A program made the position numbers and the translations under genes. Below are positions 17,066 to 27,490 of a stretch of DNA of 42,245 nt, piece after piece (the first letter of the stretch is position 1; the number at the start of each line of letters is the position of its first letter). Under the pieces are notes generated by a model that was not told the DNA's origin, made no database searches, and saw only the letters and a list, made by a program, of their open reading frames with translations. The stretch lies in the IMG/VR virus record IMGVR_UViG_3300022852_000152, positions 1 to 42,245 of that record; one strand, given 5' to 3'. This stretch comes from a virus. Taxonomy: Duplodnaviria > Caudoviricetes.

Positions 17066-17943
17066 TCACCCCGCTCAACGGTGAAGCCCTCGCACCAGGC
17101 CGCCTGGGCCTTGGTGGGCCGGATATCAACCCAATCCGCGATCTCCACACGGGACACCCCGCCGATATGCAACTGCGCATCTATGGCCGACCTGGCCACT
17201 TCCACACCGAGCCGACGGCGCGGATTCATCCAGGCCTGAAGGCGCGCTCTGCACTCGGCAAGCACGGCTTCGTTCTCCGGTCCGTTTCCGGACATGTAGA
17301 CCTTGGCGTCGATCCGGTACGGCAGGATCTCAGCGCTTTGCACCGTGAGGCGATCAGCCACCGGCCGTATGTCATCGTCGCTGAGATAAGCGTTCACCGT
17401 GGCCAGTAGCTCGGGTGAAGCTACGCCATTCCCCTCCAGGGCCAGCACGGTGACCACCACCTCGGCCGGGGCCGGGCTTTCCGCTGTGGCGTCGGCCACC
17501 AGGCCGGAGGCATTGCGGGCGTGTAGTATGTAGCTGTTACGCGGCCCGGCCGTGGTCAGGCCTTCATAGACCAACTGCACTCGTTCACGCAGGGCGTCGT
17601 CGGCCTCGAGCACAGCCGGCACGGGAGGCACCGCGCTCAAGTCCTCGGCCTGGATCACCAACCGCTGAAGACGCACGTTGGCCGCCAACTGGTCAAGATC
17701 CGAGCCCGTGGCGAAAGCCAACATAAGCGCCTTGCCCGCATCGTTGACCCGCGCCCGGTTGGACAAGCGCCGGTAGGCAACCAGTTCCAACAGCTTGGTA
17801 ATGGGATCGCTCTCCACTAGAGCCGACCAGTTATCACCCATGCCCTCGCGAAACGCCGCCAGATCTGCTTGATACAGATCCTCAAAGTCGAGGTCCTCCA
17901 GCACTGCGGGTGCCGGCAAGGCCGTCAAATCAATCGTGCTCAT
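17062..17943 (-). CDS. Baseplate protein J (P2 gpJ-like)
   Basis: IDLTALPAP, ESDPITKLLE, TTAGPRNSY, RPVADRLTV; start at ATG 17943 (293 aa). Confidence 0.9.
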   Translation of the reverse strand: MSTIDLTALPAPAVLEDLDFEDLYQADLAAFREGMGDNWSALVESDPITKLLELVAYRRLSNRARVNDAGKALMLAFATGSDLDQLAANVRLQRLVIQAEDLSAVPPVPAVLEADDALRERVQLVYEGLTTAGPRNSYILHARNASGLVADATAESPAPAEVVVTVLALEGNGVASPELLATVNAYLSDDDIRPVADRLTVQSAEILPYRIDAKVYMSGNGPENEAVLAECRARLQAWMNPRRRLGVEVARSAIDAQLHIGGVSRVEIADWVDIRPTKAQAAWCEGFTVERGD

Positions 17944-18266
17944 GCGCTCACCTCGATTACCACGCCATCGCCAAGGTAGGCGCCGGATACCTCCAGCGTG
18001 ATCTGCCCCCCCAGCACAGCCACCACCCGGACGCGCTCCAATTTCAAGCGCGGCTCCCAGCGCCCCAGGGCACGAGCGACTTCGGCCTGTACGGCGCTCT
18101 TCCACCCTTCGTTAACGGGAAGGTCGACATAGCGGCGCAGTTGGCTGCCGTACTCTGGGCGCATGCGACGACTGCCGACCGGCGTGGTCAGAATGTCTTC
18201 GATGGACTGCCGCAGATGGTCCTGGCCGGACAGCGGCTGCCCCGTGCGGCGGTCCATTCCGATCAT
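17940..18266 (-). CDS. Baseplate wedge protein W (gp25-like)
   Basis: GMDRRTG, HLRQSIEDILTTPVGSRRMRPEYGS, RWEPR; start at 18266. Confidence 0.9.
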   Translation of the reverse strand: MIGMDRRTGQPLSGQDHLRQSIEDILTTPVGSRRMRPEYGSQLRRYVDLPVNEGWKSAVQAEVARALGRWEPRLKLERVRVVAVLGGQITLEVSGAYLGDGVVIEVSA

Positions 18267-18270
18267 GGCG

Positions 18271-18495
18271 CTACTCCTGCACCCGCTCGAAGTCCGACCG
18301 CTTGCGGAAGAAATCGATGGCCGCCGCGTCATCACCGGCTACCGTCACCTTCATCTGCTGCACTGACATGACGCGGCGATCCGGCAGGATCAGCGTGCGC
18401 GACTTGTACTGCTTATCAAGGAAGGTAACCGGCGTCACTGGCACCGGCTCGGCCGCCTGCTCGTCAGGCGGCGTGGCATTGTCTGTTTTGGCCAT
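18271..18495 (-). CDS. Hypothetical phage protein
   Basis: 74 aa from ATG 18495 with AGGAG RBS; fills the gap between V and W. Confidence 0.6.
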   Translation of the reverse strand: MAKTDNATPPDEQAAEPVPVTPVTFLDKQYKSRTLILPDRRVMSVQQMKVTVAGDDAAAIDFFRKRSDFERVQE

Positions 18496-18511
18496 GCTGT
18501 GCTCCTGGCAT

Positions 18512-18532
18512 AAAAAAACCCGCAGATGCGGG
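18512..18532 (-). terminator. Intrinsic terminator after baseplate V
   Basis: CCCGC-ATCT-GCGGG followed by T7 on the minus strand. Confidence 0.7.
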
Positions 18533-18538
18533 CTTGGT

Positions 18539-19099
18539 TTAGTGTTTGTGGTTGGCCGTGTTGCCGGCCGTATCGATGATCCGACCGCCACCGTTGATGT
18601 CTCCGGTGACCTGCAACGCCCCATTGATCAGCACGTTACCGGTCAACGTGATGGTGCTGGCCTGGGCGGTGATGGCATCGTCGGCGACGACCACCCTGGT
18701 ACCGCCCACTTCGATAGTGACGGTGCCGGTGGGCACGGTGATCGTGTAGCTCTTAGCCTGCCAGTCGTAGACCAGCGCGCCACCGTCATCGAAGCGCCAG
18801 ACCTCGACGTGGTCGCGGTTGTCCGGCTGGGCACCTGCGTTGCCGTACAGCCCTGGCACGAAGGTGCCCTGCGCCGGTTCACCGCTGGGACTGACCAGCA
18901 CGCCCTGTTCGCCCAGACTCGGCGCTCGCCAGTGCCGCGCCTTGCCGGCAGCCTGGCTGTGCCAGCGCACCCAGGCGCTGGTCCAGTCACCACCGTCCGA
19001 CACACGCACCATGGCGGCGGCCAGATCGACCGCCACCACTCGGCAAGGGATGATCAGACTGGAGAGCATGCGGTCATGCTGCGCGCTCGCATAGCTCAT
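18539..19099 (-). CDS. Baseplate spike protein V
   Basis: WRAPSLGEQ, FDDGG.LVYD, C-terminal HKH metal-binding motif. Confidence 0.9.
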   Translation of the reverse strand: MSYASAQHDRMLSSLIIPCRVVAVDLAAAMVRVSDGGDWTSAWVRWHSQAAGKARHWRAPSLGEQGVLVSPSGEPAQGTFVPGLYGNAGAQPDNRDHVEVWRFDDGGALVYDWQAKSYTITVPTGTVTIEVGGTRVVVADDAITAQASTITLTGNVLINGALQVTGDINGGGRIIDTAGNTANHKH

Positions 19100-19629
19100 T
19101 CCATGGCCTCCGGAGACTGGTACTGATGCTCGCTGCCTGGGCCGGTATCAGGACTGAATCCGAACACCAGGTTGCCGGGTGGCTCAACAGGCCAGGGCCA
19201 CTCTTCCTTGCCGAGGTAGATGATCTGCGTCCACTCCACCACCCATACCGCAAAGCTATCTAGCTCGGGCCGGCTCCAGTCACGCTCGGCTCGCACGAAC
19301 TGCGCGGGTTCGACGGGCAAGCCCCAGGTCTGCAAACGCAGCAGCACTGCTATCTGAGCTGCTGCGTAGGCCGCGACATGGAGACAGTTATCCTCTTCCT
19401 GACCCACAATCACCCGCGCCTCGAAGCGCGCTTCAACAGCGGTCTCACCCGTGCCAGGGTCTTTGTCTGCATCATCGAAGCCAGCCAGTTCGAGGACCAC
19501 TGCCGGTGGCGGCACAACGTCGATACCGCCTGGCATGGTTCCGACGTATTGCAGACCAGGGACCGCCTCCCGTATATGCCCCTCAATGGCGGCATACACC
19601 TGGCCAAGGGGAATGGGTTCATCATCCAT
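19096..19629 (-). CDS. Putative tail completion/terminator protein
   Basis: 177-aa acidic protein coupled to both neighbours; assignment rests on position only. Confidence 0.55.
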   Translation of the reverse strand: MDDEPIPLGQVYAAIEGHIREAVPGLQYVGTMPGGIDVVPPPAVVLELAGFDDADKDPGTGETAVEARFEARVIVGQEEDNCLHVAAYAAAQIAVLLRLQTWGLPVEPAQFVRAERDWSRPELDSFAVWVVEWTQIIYLGKEEWPWPVEPPGNLVFGFSPDTGPGSEHQYQSPEAME

Positions 19630-20290
19630 TGCCTGTTCTCCGCAGGTACTTAAGCAGCTCGAAGTTCAGCTCCTGCTGCATCACCTCAAGCAACCTTTGA
19701 TGGGCACGCTGGGTCCATGCCTCGAAGTGCGGCCGGACATCCTCCAACGAGATCTTCGCCTTCGCCAAGGGGAACCGTCCGATGCTGGTCGTCTCGGCGA
19801 TCCAGCCGGTGCGGGCCTTCTTGCGTACAGTGATTAAACTCTCGGGGTAGTCCTCATCCGTGAAGTGCTTGCTCCCTGCGCGGATCCAGATATCCGCGCT
19901 ACTTCCATACACCCGCTTGAAAAAAGCCCCCTGATAACGCCGACCGGCCACCGATACTCCAGATCGCGTCTGCCTGGGGCGGCCCGCCCGGCTGGCCTCA
20001 ATGGGGTTGATGCCAAACCACAACTTGCCCTGACCATTGCTGTCCGTGGGATAGGACATCAGGCGTTGACGAACCGCAGCGATGGCGATGCGCTCTTGTC
20101 GCCCCACCGACCGAGCGATGTGTGTTCTGAGCCAAAGGAGGGTTTTGTTAATGGCTCGCCGCTTCGCTGCAGTGACAGCTTTCGGCACCAACCGGCCGAA
20201 GGCCTCGAACCCCTTTACATCCTTCGGGCTGGCTTGCAGCGTGATCATTCCGGAGTCGGTCGACTGTATATGGTAACTACCGATGCTCAT
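19622..20290 (-). CDS. Minor tail protein (lambda gpZ-like)
   Basis: Basic protein, RAINKT..WLRT, YQGAF; position after the head-tail joining gene. Confidence 0.65.
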   Translation of the reverse strand: MSIGSYHIQSTDSGMITLQASPKDVKGFEAFGRLVPKAVTAAKRRAINKTLLWLRTHIARSVGRQERIAIAAVRQRLMSYPTDSNGQGKLWFGINPIEASRAGRPRQTRSGVSVAGRRYQGAFFKRVYGSSADIWIRAGSKHFTDEDYPESLITVRKKARTGWIAETTSIGRFPLAKAKISLEDVRPHFEAWTQRAHQRLLEVMQQELNFELLKYLRRTGNG

Positions 20291-20601
20291 GGCGATTTCC
20301 TCAGAATCAATGTGACCAGACCATCACCACCCGGCTCGATGTTGGTGATGGTGTAGTTGCCCCCGCCGTCCTCTGGGGGCAAATCGACAGTCACCTTCTG
20401 CTTAGTTTCGACGCCCGCCTTGTCTCCAACACGGATTACCAGGTGGGGTTCGCGTAAACCCGTACGGATCTGGCCAAGCTTGGGTTGCAACCAAGGCGCC
20501 GAAAACATGCCGAGCACCTCGCGGCCCTCGATAAGCACGGTGTCACCTAGAACCTCAAACACCGTGTCATCGACGTCTTCAATCAGGTCCCGGAAACCCA
20601 T
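20287..20601 (-). CDS. Head-tail joining protein
   Basis: 104 aa after the capsid gene, ends EPGGDGLVTLIL. Confidence 0.65.
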   Translation of the reverse strand: MGFRDLIEDVDDTVFEVLGDTVLIEGREVLGMFSAPWLQPKLGQIRTGLREPHLVIRVGDKAGVETKQKVTVDLPPEDGGGNYTITNIEPGGDGLVTLILRKSP

Positions 20602-20602
20602 C

Positions 20603-21598
20603 TCAGAGGGTCAAACGAATGATTGCGCGGGGCCGGGTGCAGATGTGCAGCGGGTTGGACTGCGCTTCACCGGCTACGCCTTTGCCGAATGGCATCTCTT
20701 CCAGCTTGCTGTAATAGGGCAGGCCCTCGGTGTTGACCGTTTCCATGTAGTCGGCCGGCGCATAGACCGAGAGGAACAGGTCCGACACGCCCTCCGGCAC
20801 CAGGCGAGCCTCGTCGTCAGCGACAAACGGAACTCCCGATACCTTGCCGCGATAGCGCTCCCAGGCGATACCACCGAAGTCGAAAGCTTCCCGACCATCA
20901 CCGCGCAGGGCGGCGGCCTGCTGACTGCCCTTGTAGGTATCGACCACCGACTTGTGAGCGATCAGCTTTTTCCAGTAGTTCTTGCCGCAGAACGCCCGAG
21001 CGCCGGTGGTGGTGACGTTGCCAAGTGCATCTTCCTGCATGTCCAATGCCTCCACGCACTGGACCTGCACGTTCGATTCCGGATCATTGAGCCCCATCGC
21101 CAGGGTCTGGCGGGACACCCCAAAGACCTTGTAGATGTCCAGCAAAACCGTGGATCCGTCAGCATCGAGCACCTTGCCGTTGACTGCACCCATGCGGTGG
21201 TATTCGTGGGTGGCATCCAGCTGACGTTTTGCCTTGGCCAGGCGTTTGTTCACCACGTCCTGCACGGCCTGCAATTCGGTAAGCGTACCGAATGCACGGA
21301 TGCCCTGAATCTCGTCCGCTTTGATCGCGAAACGCTGCGGCAGGTGCACCGTGTTGAACGGGATCAGGGTGCGCTTGCTGCCGGCGACCACCAGACCGGA
21401 AACCCCACGCTCACCCGCTGGCACCAGGGCCAACGTATCGCCGTCTTTCTCGATCTGTACGGTGAGGGTTGCGACCCCCTCTTCTTGGAACAGCCCAAGG
21501 GCCGCCAGGCGACCTGGTACATATTCTTGTTCGTTGATAGCTGCGGTCAGTGCAGCAACGCCGAAAGCATCGTCTTGGAAAATGGCAATCTCAGCCAT
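20603..21598 (-). CDS. Major capsid protein (lambda gpE family)
   Basis: 331 aa, LTAAIN, ADEIQGIRAFG, EAQSNPLHICTRP. Confidence 0.92.
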   Translation of the reverse strand: MAEIAIFQDDAFGVAALTAAINEQEYVPGRLAALGLFQEEGVATLTVQIEKDGDTLALVPAGERGVSGLVVAGSKRTLIPFNTVHLPQRFAIKADEIQGIRAFGTLTELQAVQDVVNKRLAKAKRQLDATHEYHRMGAVNGKVLDADGSTVLLDIYKVFGVSRQTLAMGLNDPESNVQVQCVEALDMQEDALGNVTTTGARAFCGKNYWKKLIAHKSVVDTYKGSQQAAALRGDGREAFDFGGIAWERYRGKVSGVPFVADDEARLVPEGVSDLFLSVYAPADYMETVNTEGLPYYSKLEEMPFGKGVAGEAQSNPLHICTRPRAIIRLTL

Positions 21599-21616
21599 GG
21601 GTGTACTCCAGAAAGT

Positions 21617-21640
21617 AAAAACCCCGCTCGCGGCGGGGTT
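21617..21640 (-). terminator. Terminator-like hairpin between decoration and capsid genes
   Basis: AACCCCGC-CGCGA-GCGGGGTTTTT on the minus strand. Confidence 0.55.
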
Positions 21641-21660
21641 GAAGAAATGAGTGGGTTAGG

Positions 21661-22008
21661 TCAGCGCAAGATGATGAAGTGCGCAGCCAGAGCTTGCTCT
21701 GCATCGGCGTCGAGCCCGGTCAGCAAGGCTTCATGAACCTCTGCCAGCCGCACCACCGCACGGCCACGACGCACCGTGTCGGATTCACCGAGCGAGCCGT
21801 AGAGAATGCAGACGGCCTTCTCGCTGCCATCTTCGGCAGCTGGGTTGTAAGCAACGAATTCGCCGGTGGCGGTGACCAAACCCAGCACTTGGCCGGCGAC
21901 CAGGGCCGAGCCGGCCGCAACGTTGATGGCTTCGCGAGAGATCTTCCCCGCCCCTTCGGAAAGCAGGAACTCACCGGCATGAACCGGTTCCTGTTGGATG
22001 CTACTCAT
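21661..22008 (-). CDS. Head decoration protein (lambda gpD-like)
   Basis: EFLLSEG, SRE, GQVLG, DGSE.A; lies between the protease and capsid genes. Confidence 0.85.
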   Translation of the reverse strand: MSSIQQEPVHAGEFLLSEGAGKISREAINVAAGSALVAGQVLGLVTATGEFVAYNPAAEDGSEKAVCILYGSLGESDTVRRGRAVVRLAEVHEALLTGLDADAEQALAAHFIILR

Positions 22009-23156
22009 GTTCGTGCTCCTTTAGTGGCGGCCTGCCGGCGGGCAGCCCAGATGTTGGAAGGATTGGGTAGGTGAGCCTTGACCTTATCCGGCTCGTCATC
22101 GGCAGGCGGCAGGCTGTTGTCGATCTCGAAGCCCTTGCCGGAGCCGACCAGCTTGTCGAAAAGACGCGCCCGGACAGCAGCCGTGTCCAACCCAGCCGAC
22201 ACGAACTCAACCGCCATTTCGGGCAAGCGGGCCGCGACGCAGAGGTCACGCACAGACTTTGCCCGGCCGAGGGCGGCCTGTACCGTGGCTTCGTCCGCAA
22301 GCTTGGTTGACGCAATCAAAGGCTCCACCAGATTGCTGATTCCCGCCTCGGCGCAAGCCTTGGTGATCAACAAAGCTAGGGCCGTCGAATCGGCCACTGG
22401 CGGCGATGGGGGTTCGCTAGTGGGACTGGGATCAGCAGGAGGCTGCTGCTCGGCTCGGCTAGCCTGGAGCTGATCGAGCAGTGCCTGCGGCGTATTTCGG
22501 TAGCGGGCCATGGCGGTGCCCTGCCCCAGGCACGCCTGTACCTTCACCCCACTGCCGACTTCATCAGCCAGCCCCAGCGCCAACGCCTCTTGAGCTGTGA
22601 GCCAAGTTTCATCGTTGACCATACGGCGGAGCTCGGCTTCATCGATCTCCGGCGCCTTGGCCTTGTAGGCTGCGATGATGACCTCAAACGCCTGGTCGAG
22701 GACATCAGCCACCCGGCGCAGCTCTTCAGCATCGCCCCCTGCCCAGGTATAGGGGTTGTGAATCATCAACATGGCATTGGACGCCATGACCACACGATGT
22801 GCCCCGCACACCGCCACGCTACCAGCGCTGGCAGCTAGTGCATCGACCCGGCCCGTACAGCGCTCACCCAAGCGGTTTAAAGCGTTGTGGATAGCCAAGC
22901 CCTCGAACAGATCGCCGCCATTGGTGTTGAACGCTACCACCACGGGCGACACGCCATCGTCGACCGCTTTGAGGTCTTGGATAAACTGGTTGGCGGTAAT
23001 CCCCCAGCCACCAATCTCGCCGTAGATGTAGACCTCGATCACATTGGATTCGGCTTCACCTTCAGCCGCCGCCGAAATCGTGTACCAGTGCTGATCCTTG
23101 ACCTCGGGCGCGTTTTTGGCCTTGTTGAAGATACGGAATGGCATCAGCGGTTTCAT
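22005..23156 (-). CDS. ClpP-related head maturation protease/scaffold
   Basis: IYGEIGGWG, NTNGGD, LAASAGS (Ser), MIHNP, ETWLTAQEA. Confidence 0.92.
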   Translation of the reverse strand: MKPLMPFRIFNKAKNAPEVKDQHWYTISAAAEGEAESNVIEVYIYGEIGGWGITANQFIQDLKAVDDGVSPVVVAFNTNGGDLFEGLAIHNALNRLGERCTGRVDALAASAGSVAVCGAHRVVMASNAMLMIHNPYTWAGGDAEELRRVADVLDQAFEVIIAAYKAKAPEIDEAELRRMVNDETWLTAQEALALGLADEVGSGVKVQACLGQGTAMARYRNTPQALLDQLQASRAEQQPPADPSPTSEPPSPPVADSTALALLITKACAEAGISNLVEPLIASTKLADEATVQAALGRAKSVRDLCVAARLPEMAVEFVSAGLDTAAVRARLFDKLVGSGKGFEIDNSLPPADDEPDKVKAHLPNPSNIWAARRQAATKGART

Positions 23157-24646
23157 GTTTTCCCCTTATCGTCGGGCTCGTCAGGCTCATCATCGATAGC
23201 CGACAAGCTTCTGTATTTCAGGCCCAGGCCCTGCGCCCGAGTAATGTCTGCAGCGTTCTCTTCATCCACAATCTCCGCGTCGGTTCCAGAACGTAGGCAC
23301 ATCTCGCTGCGCGAGGTGAACCCTGCCGCCACTTCGAGCATGCGCGCCTGTACGTCCTGCACCGGCTGAATATATGCCCAACCCTGCGGCACCCAGCGGG
23401 TACGCAAGTATTCGCGGCGGCGATCTACGTAGTCGGACAGGTCCAAAGCCCCGGCGAGGACGGCCATGTCCATCCAGGCGCTGCGCACCGGGCGGCAGAG
23501 CTGGTGGACATAAACGGAGAACTGCAATTGCTCGAGGCGGCGCCGGAACTCGTTCAACACAACCCGAATGACCCGGTCGTTAACGCCCCGCATATCCCCG
23601 GTCATTAGCTCGTAGGGCAGGCCTGCACCGGCGGCTGCAGCCATCAGCTGCTGACGCATGAAGTCCGGGTAGTTGTTGCCCCCATCGGGCGGATCGGAGA
23701 ACTCGACCTGTTCGCCTGGCCCTAGCTCCTGCATGGTGCCCGGCTCCAGCGCGACCATCGGCGTGAAGGCGTCGCGGTCGTGCACCACTGGCGCTCCGGT
23801 GAGCATGTCCATGGGCGGGGCTCCTGGCCCCTCCGGTGCCGGCTTACGAACGAAGCCCGCGAACAAGTTGGCCACTTCCTGCCGGAACAACACCGCGTCG
23901 TCGTAGTTGTCGAGACTGCGCAGGCGCTTCAGGATCGGCGCCAACCTCGGCACCCCTCGCAGCTGTCCTGGCTCCAGCGGCTCGAAGATGTGCAACATCT
24001 GCTCAGCGGGTACCCGTACCACTGGGTTGTAACCCGCGTTGAGCGACGCCTTGTCACTAGGGTGGTTTCGATAGCACCAGTAGGCCACCCGGCGCCCAAG
24101 GCTATTGAACTCAATTCCGGCACGGATCACGTTGCCGGAGCGGGTTACCTCGAACTTATCGTGAGGAACGAACTCGGGGGCAAGGCACTGCAGTTGCAGC
24201 GGTACCGCCAAGCCATCCTCCAGACGCCGAGGCCGCAAGCGGACAAAGCACTCGCCTGACTGCTCGACTGTACGCGCCACAAGTGCCTGCTGGCCGTAGA
24301 AGTCCGTACGCTCATCGGCGTCCGACTCGTCGACCCAATCCTCCCACAGCACCTGCATTGCTTTGCGAAGGGCCTTATCGAGAATGCGCGGCTGCGGAGT
24401 GATCCCGGTACCGATCAGGTTACTGACCCGTTTGTCGATCACGTTGGCGGCGTACGGGTCGTTGCGCACCGCAGCGCGGGAGCGTGAACGCAGGTTGCGC
24501 AGCGCCGGCATGATCAAGCTGTTAGGGCCGGTATCCGGCGCTTCCCAACTAGAAGAACGCCGCCCTTCGGCGGCGCCCTCGTAGCTGGCCTTGATTCGTT
24601 CCGGCACCAACAAGCCGGAGCGGGTGGAGATGTAACGCCCGCTCAC
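23153..24646 (-). CDS. Portal protein, lambda family
   Basis: LRSRSR..VRNDPYA, GIEFN..GRRVAYW, GQLRGVP, GLPYELMTGD. Confidence 0.93.
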   Translation of the reverse strand: MSGRYISTRSGLLVPERIKASYEGAAEGRRSSSWEAPDTGPNSLIMPALRNLRSRSRAAVRNDPYAANVIDKRVSNLIGTGITPQPRILDKALRKAMQVLWEDWVDESDADERTDFYGQQALVARTVEQSGECFVRLRPRRLEDGLAVPLQLQCLAPEFVPHDKFEVTRSGNVIRAGIEFNSLGRRVAYWCYRNHPSDKASLNAGYNPVVRVPAEQMLHIFEPLEPGQLRGVPRLAPILKRLRSLDNYDDAVLFRQEVANLFAGFVRKPAPEGPGAPPMDMLTGAPVVHDRDAFTPMVALEPGTMQELGPGEQVEFSDPPDGGNNYPDFMRQQLMAAAAGAGLPYELMTGDMRGVNDRVIRVVLNEFRRRLEQLQFSVYVHQLCRPVRSAWMDMAVLAGALDLSDYVDRRREYLRTRWVPQGWAYIQPVQDVQARMLEVAAGFTSRSEMCLRSGTDAEIVDEENAADITRAQGLGLKYRSLSAIDDEPDEPDDKGKT

Positions 24647-24849
24647 AGGCCCTTACCTCCGTGATAAAGCCGGACCACGCGGGAGCGCGGGCCAGTTGCC
24701 TGGGATAGTTCCGTACGGATCAGATCGCGAGCCTTGATCAGCTCGTCGACCGTGCGATATTCGACAGTGCGGTCGCTGTAGCGAACGATCTTCTCGCCAC
24801 GCGCAATCGCACGCTCGACAGCCGCGAGGTGTGCCTGGGTGTATGCCAT
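24643..24849 (-). CDS. Head-tail joining protein (lambda gpW-like)
   Basis: 68 aa, DRTVEYRTVDEL; lies between terminase and portal. Confidence 0.8.
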   Translation of the reverse strand: MAYTQAHLAAVERAIARGEKIVRYSDRTVEYRTVDELIKARDLIRTELSQATGPRSRVVRLYHGGKGL

Positions 24850-24850
24850 G

Positions 24851-26896
24851 TCAGCGTCTCTTCAGGTAACCGCTGCTTGAGCTGCGGCGTTGCATTGGTT
24901 GAGGTGCCGGGCAAGGCGACGGCGGTTGTGGTGGCGGCGGATCGTTGCGCTTGATCGGAGCAGGTGGTGAAGCCGGTAAGGCGTCTTCTTCGTCCTGATC
25001 ATCCGCGTCGGGCTCAGGGGCCTGGGGCCGGGCTGTGGGCAGTTCGTTCTGCTCGAACAGGTTGGCCTGCGCGAGCGCCTGGCGAAGCTTGTCCCAGCCC
25101 TGCTCTCCGTACCTGTGCAGGCCGAGGAAGTTAGCCATTGCCAGGTTGTACACCATCAGGTCGAGCGCTTCGTTGCGGTCTGCTTTGCCCTTGACCCACT
25201 CGATCCGTTTGTAGCCCTTCACGTAGCGGGCAATCTTGCGTTCAGCCACACACTGCTGGAAGAACTCATCAGGCAGGTCTTTGGCAAAGTGCAGCGCGCC
25301 AGGTCCGGTCTCGAAGCTGTAGCGGTTGTAGATCCAGTCCTTGGCAGTGTCGGTACCGACGATCCACAGCTCGGCGCCATTGCGTTCGGTCTGACCTTTC
25401 CAGGTCACGTCCACTTGCGATGGGCGTTGGGCGATCACAGGTCTGCCCGGTTTGCTCGCCCCTTTAAGTGCGAACACGTTGCGCCAGCGGCGCACGCGGG
25501 TGAACTGGTATACCTCGTGAGTGTGGTGACCACCGGAGTCGATACCGGTAGCCAGAATCCCCATTCCCACGCCGCAAGGATGCCGGTACCGAACCTTGAT
25601 ACGCTCGTCCAGCACTGCCCAAGTGCGCTCGTCGGCTGGGTCGCCAGGAATCACCTGGTGATCAACGACCCAGCGCTCCATACCAGCGCCCCAGGCCATG
25701 ACCATCAATTCGAGACGATTGGCCTGCACGTCGACCGAAGCCGTCAAAGCAAGTGCACCCACAGGTAAGGTGCCGAGTACGTAGTCCTCTTGCAGCGCAC
25801 GTGCCTGGAGTACCTCGGCCTTGGTTTGCTCGACGGCGCTGTCCCATACCTCAGCTAGGCGGGTGTTGTAGAACACCTGCATAGGCTCTAGGTCGCCGCG
25901 ATCCTGCGCTTTCTTGGCTTTCTCGTACTGCTTGGCCAAGTCGGACCAAGACACCCAACCCAGCGGCGAATAGAGCGCGTTAAGGTGGAAGCCCACCGTC
26001 TCCCCATCGCCCTTGGAATGGGCGCGCCATTCGCCCTTGGCCAGCATGTCGCCCTTGTGATGCTCTTCGATGAGCACATCGCACTCGGGGCCAGCGCACT
26101 GGTAATGCACCGTATTGAAGTCCGCCGAGTACAACAGGCGCTCCCACTGCAGCACCTGCATGTGGCCGCATGTAGGACACGGAACGTAGTAGTGTCGCTG
26201 ATCGCTCTGTTGGAACAGGTCGTCGATCCGGGACGCCCCCTTGATAGTGGGCGAGCTGGAGAAATAGAACTTCGCATTGCGGCCGAACGTACTCCCACGG
26301 GTTTCCGCGAGCTCGATAGGGTCGCCCTCCTCGTCCACGTCCACGTCCCACCGGTCAATCTCATCCCCGTAGACGAAACGCGCCGCCAGCTCAGCCAAGT
26401 TGGAGGCCGAGCCAGCCGTCGTCGCGTAGAGCGTGCCACCCTCGAACTCCTTGGTATCCATGGTGTTGCGAGAGTCGCGGGAGCGGTTGGCGGCGACACG
26501 TGCCTTCAACTCCGGAGTGACGTCGATGGTCTTGCCGATCCGGGACGAGACCCGCTTGGCAAGCGCTAGGCTCGGCAGCAGCGTCAGGATATTGGACGGC
26601 GACATGTGGATCAGCGCCCCGATCCAGTTCAGTGCGATCTGCGTTTTCATCAACTGCGAGGCAACCTTGGTGATCACCCGCTTACAGGGGTGAGCAGGTG
26701 ACAGGCAGCGCATGGGTTCACGGGCATACGGCGTACGGTCGGTGCGGTATTTGCCGGGCTCGGCGGCGCCAGTGTCACGCGGAATCCGCATGTACTCGTC
26801 CGCCCACTCATCGACCCACAGCTCAGGGTCGGGCTTCAGCCCTCTGCAATACGCCCCACGGTACGCCTTAGTACCGTCTGCGTATCCGGTAGGCAT
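24851..26896 (-). CDS. Terminase large subunit (lambda GpA family)
   Basis: RTPYAREPM, ASQLMKTQ (Walker A variant), YGDEID (Walker B), SSPT, VPCPTCG, VDVQ, RNEALD. Confidence 0.95.
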   Translation of the reverse strand: MPTGYADGTKAYRGAYCRGLKPDPELWVDEWADEYMRIPRDTGAAEPGKYRTDRTPYAREPMRCLSPAHPCKRVITKVASQLMKTQIALNWIGALIHMSPSNILTLLPSLALAKRVSSRIGKTIDVTPELKARVAANRSRDSRNTMDTKEFEGGTLYATTAGSASNLAELAARFVYGDEIDRWDVDVDEEGDPIELAETRGSTFGRNAKFYFSSSPTIKGASRIDDLFQQSDQRHYYVPCPTCGHMQVLQWERLLYSADFNTVHYQCAGPECDVLIEEHHKGDMLAKGEWRAHSKGDGETVGFHLNALYSPLGWVSWSDLAKQYEKAKKAQDRGDLEPMQVFYNTRLAEVWDSAVEQTKAEVLQARALQEDYVLGTLPVGALALTASVDVQANRLELMVMAWGAGMERWVVDHQVIPGDPADERTWAVLDERIKVRYRHPCGVGMGILATGIDSGGHHTHEVYQFTRVRRWRNVFALKGASKPGRPVIAQRPSQVDVTWKGQTERNGAELWIVGTDTAKDWIYNRYSFETGPGALHFAKDLPDEFFQQCVAERKIARYVKGYKRIEWVKGKADRNEALDLMVYNLAMANFLGLHRYGEQGWDKLRQALAQANLFEQNELPTARPQAPEPDADDQDEEDALPASPPAPIKRNDPPPPQPPSPCPAPQPMQRRSSSSGYLKRR

Positions 26897-26900
26897 AGGC

Positions 26901-27479
26901 TCATCTCGGTGTCATGGCTCTTTCGAGATCGGCGTCGTTCATCTTCGCGGCGTCGATGAAAACGCGGCGGAAGGTGTCGGTAAGGTGTTTTTCGATTTCC
27001 CAGGGGTCGGTCATGCCAGCCAGTTCGGCGGAGAGCTGCGGCGTGAGCCCAAAGAACTGGTCACGAAGCATCCGGCCCGACGAGAAAGCGGCGTCTTCCA
27101 CCGCCAACCGGTCGACGAGGCTGCCCTGGACCTTTAGGAACTCAGCCTCGGCCAGCTGCGCAAGGTAGTACTCGCGATGCGCCTTCGCCTTCTGGAAGTT
27201 GTGGGGACCAGCAGCCATTAGGTCCGGCTGCTGCACCGCAGGTGTGTCGCCCGGTTGAAGCTGGCTACGCACGTCCCGATCTATCCTGCCTTCTTCGTGC
27301 CGGGCCGCGACGGCGGCCTTGCTAGGATCGGCCGATTCGGCCAGCAGCGCGTCGGTGGCCTCGACATCGACCTTTCCTTCGTCAGTCAGTACCAAGCGCT
27401 CCTGCTTGGCCAGTTTGGAAACGTAGGATTTCGACCACCCGTGCAGGGCAGCGAACTCCGATTTCGTCAGGTGTGCCAT
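26901..27479 (-). CDS. Terminase small subunit
   Basis: N-terminal wHTH (KSEFAALHGWSKSYVSKL), GKVDVEAT; directly upstream of terL. Confidence 0.85.
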   Translation of the reverse strand: MAHLTKSEFAALHGWSKSYVSKLAKQERLVLTDEGKVDVEATDALLAESADPSKAAVAARHEEGRIDRDVRSQLQPGDTPAVQQPDLMAAGPHNFQKAKAHREYYLAQLAEAEFLKVQGSLVDRLAVEDAAFSSGRMLRDQFFGLTPQLSAELAGMTDPWEIEKHLTDTFRRVFIDAAKMNDADLERAMTPR

Positions 27480-27490
27480 GTCAGAACATC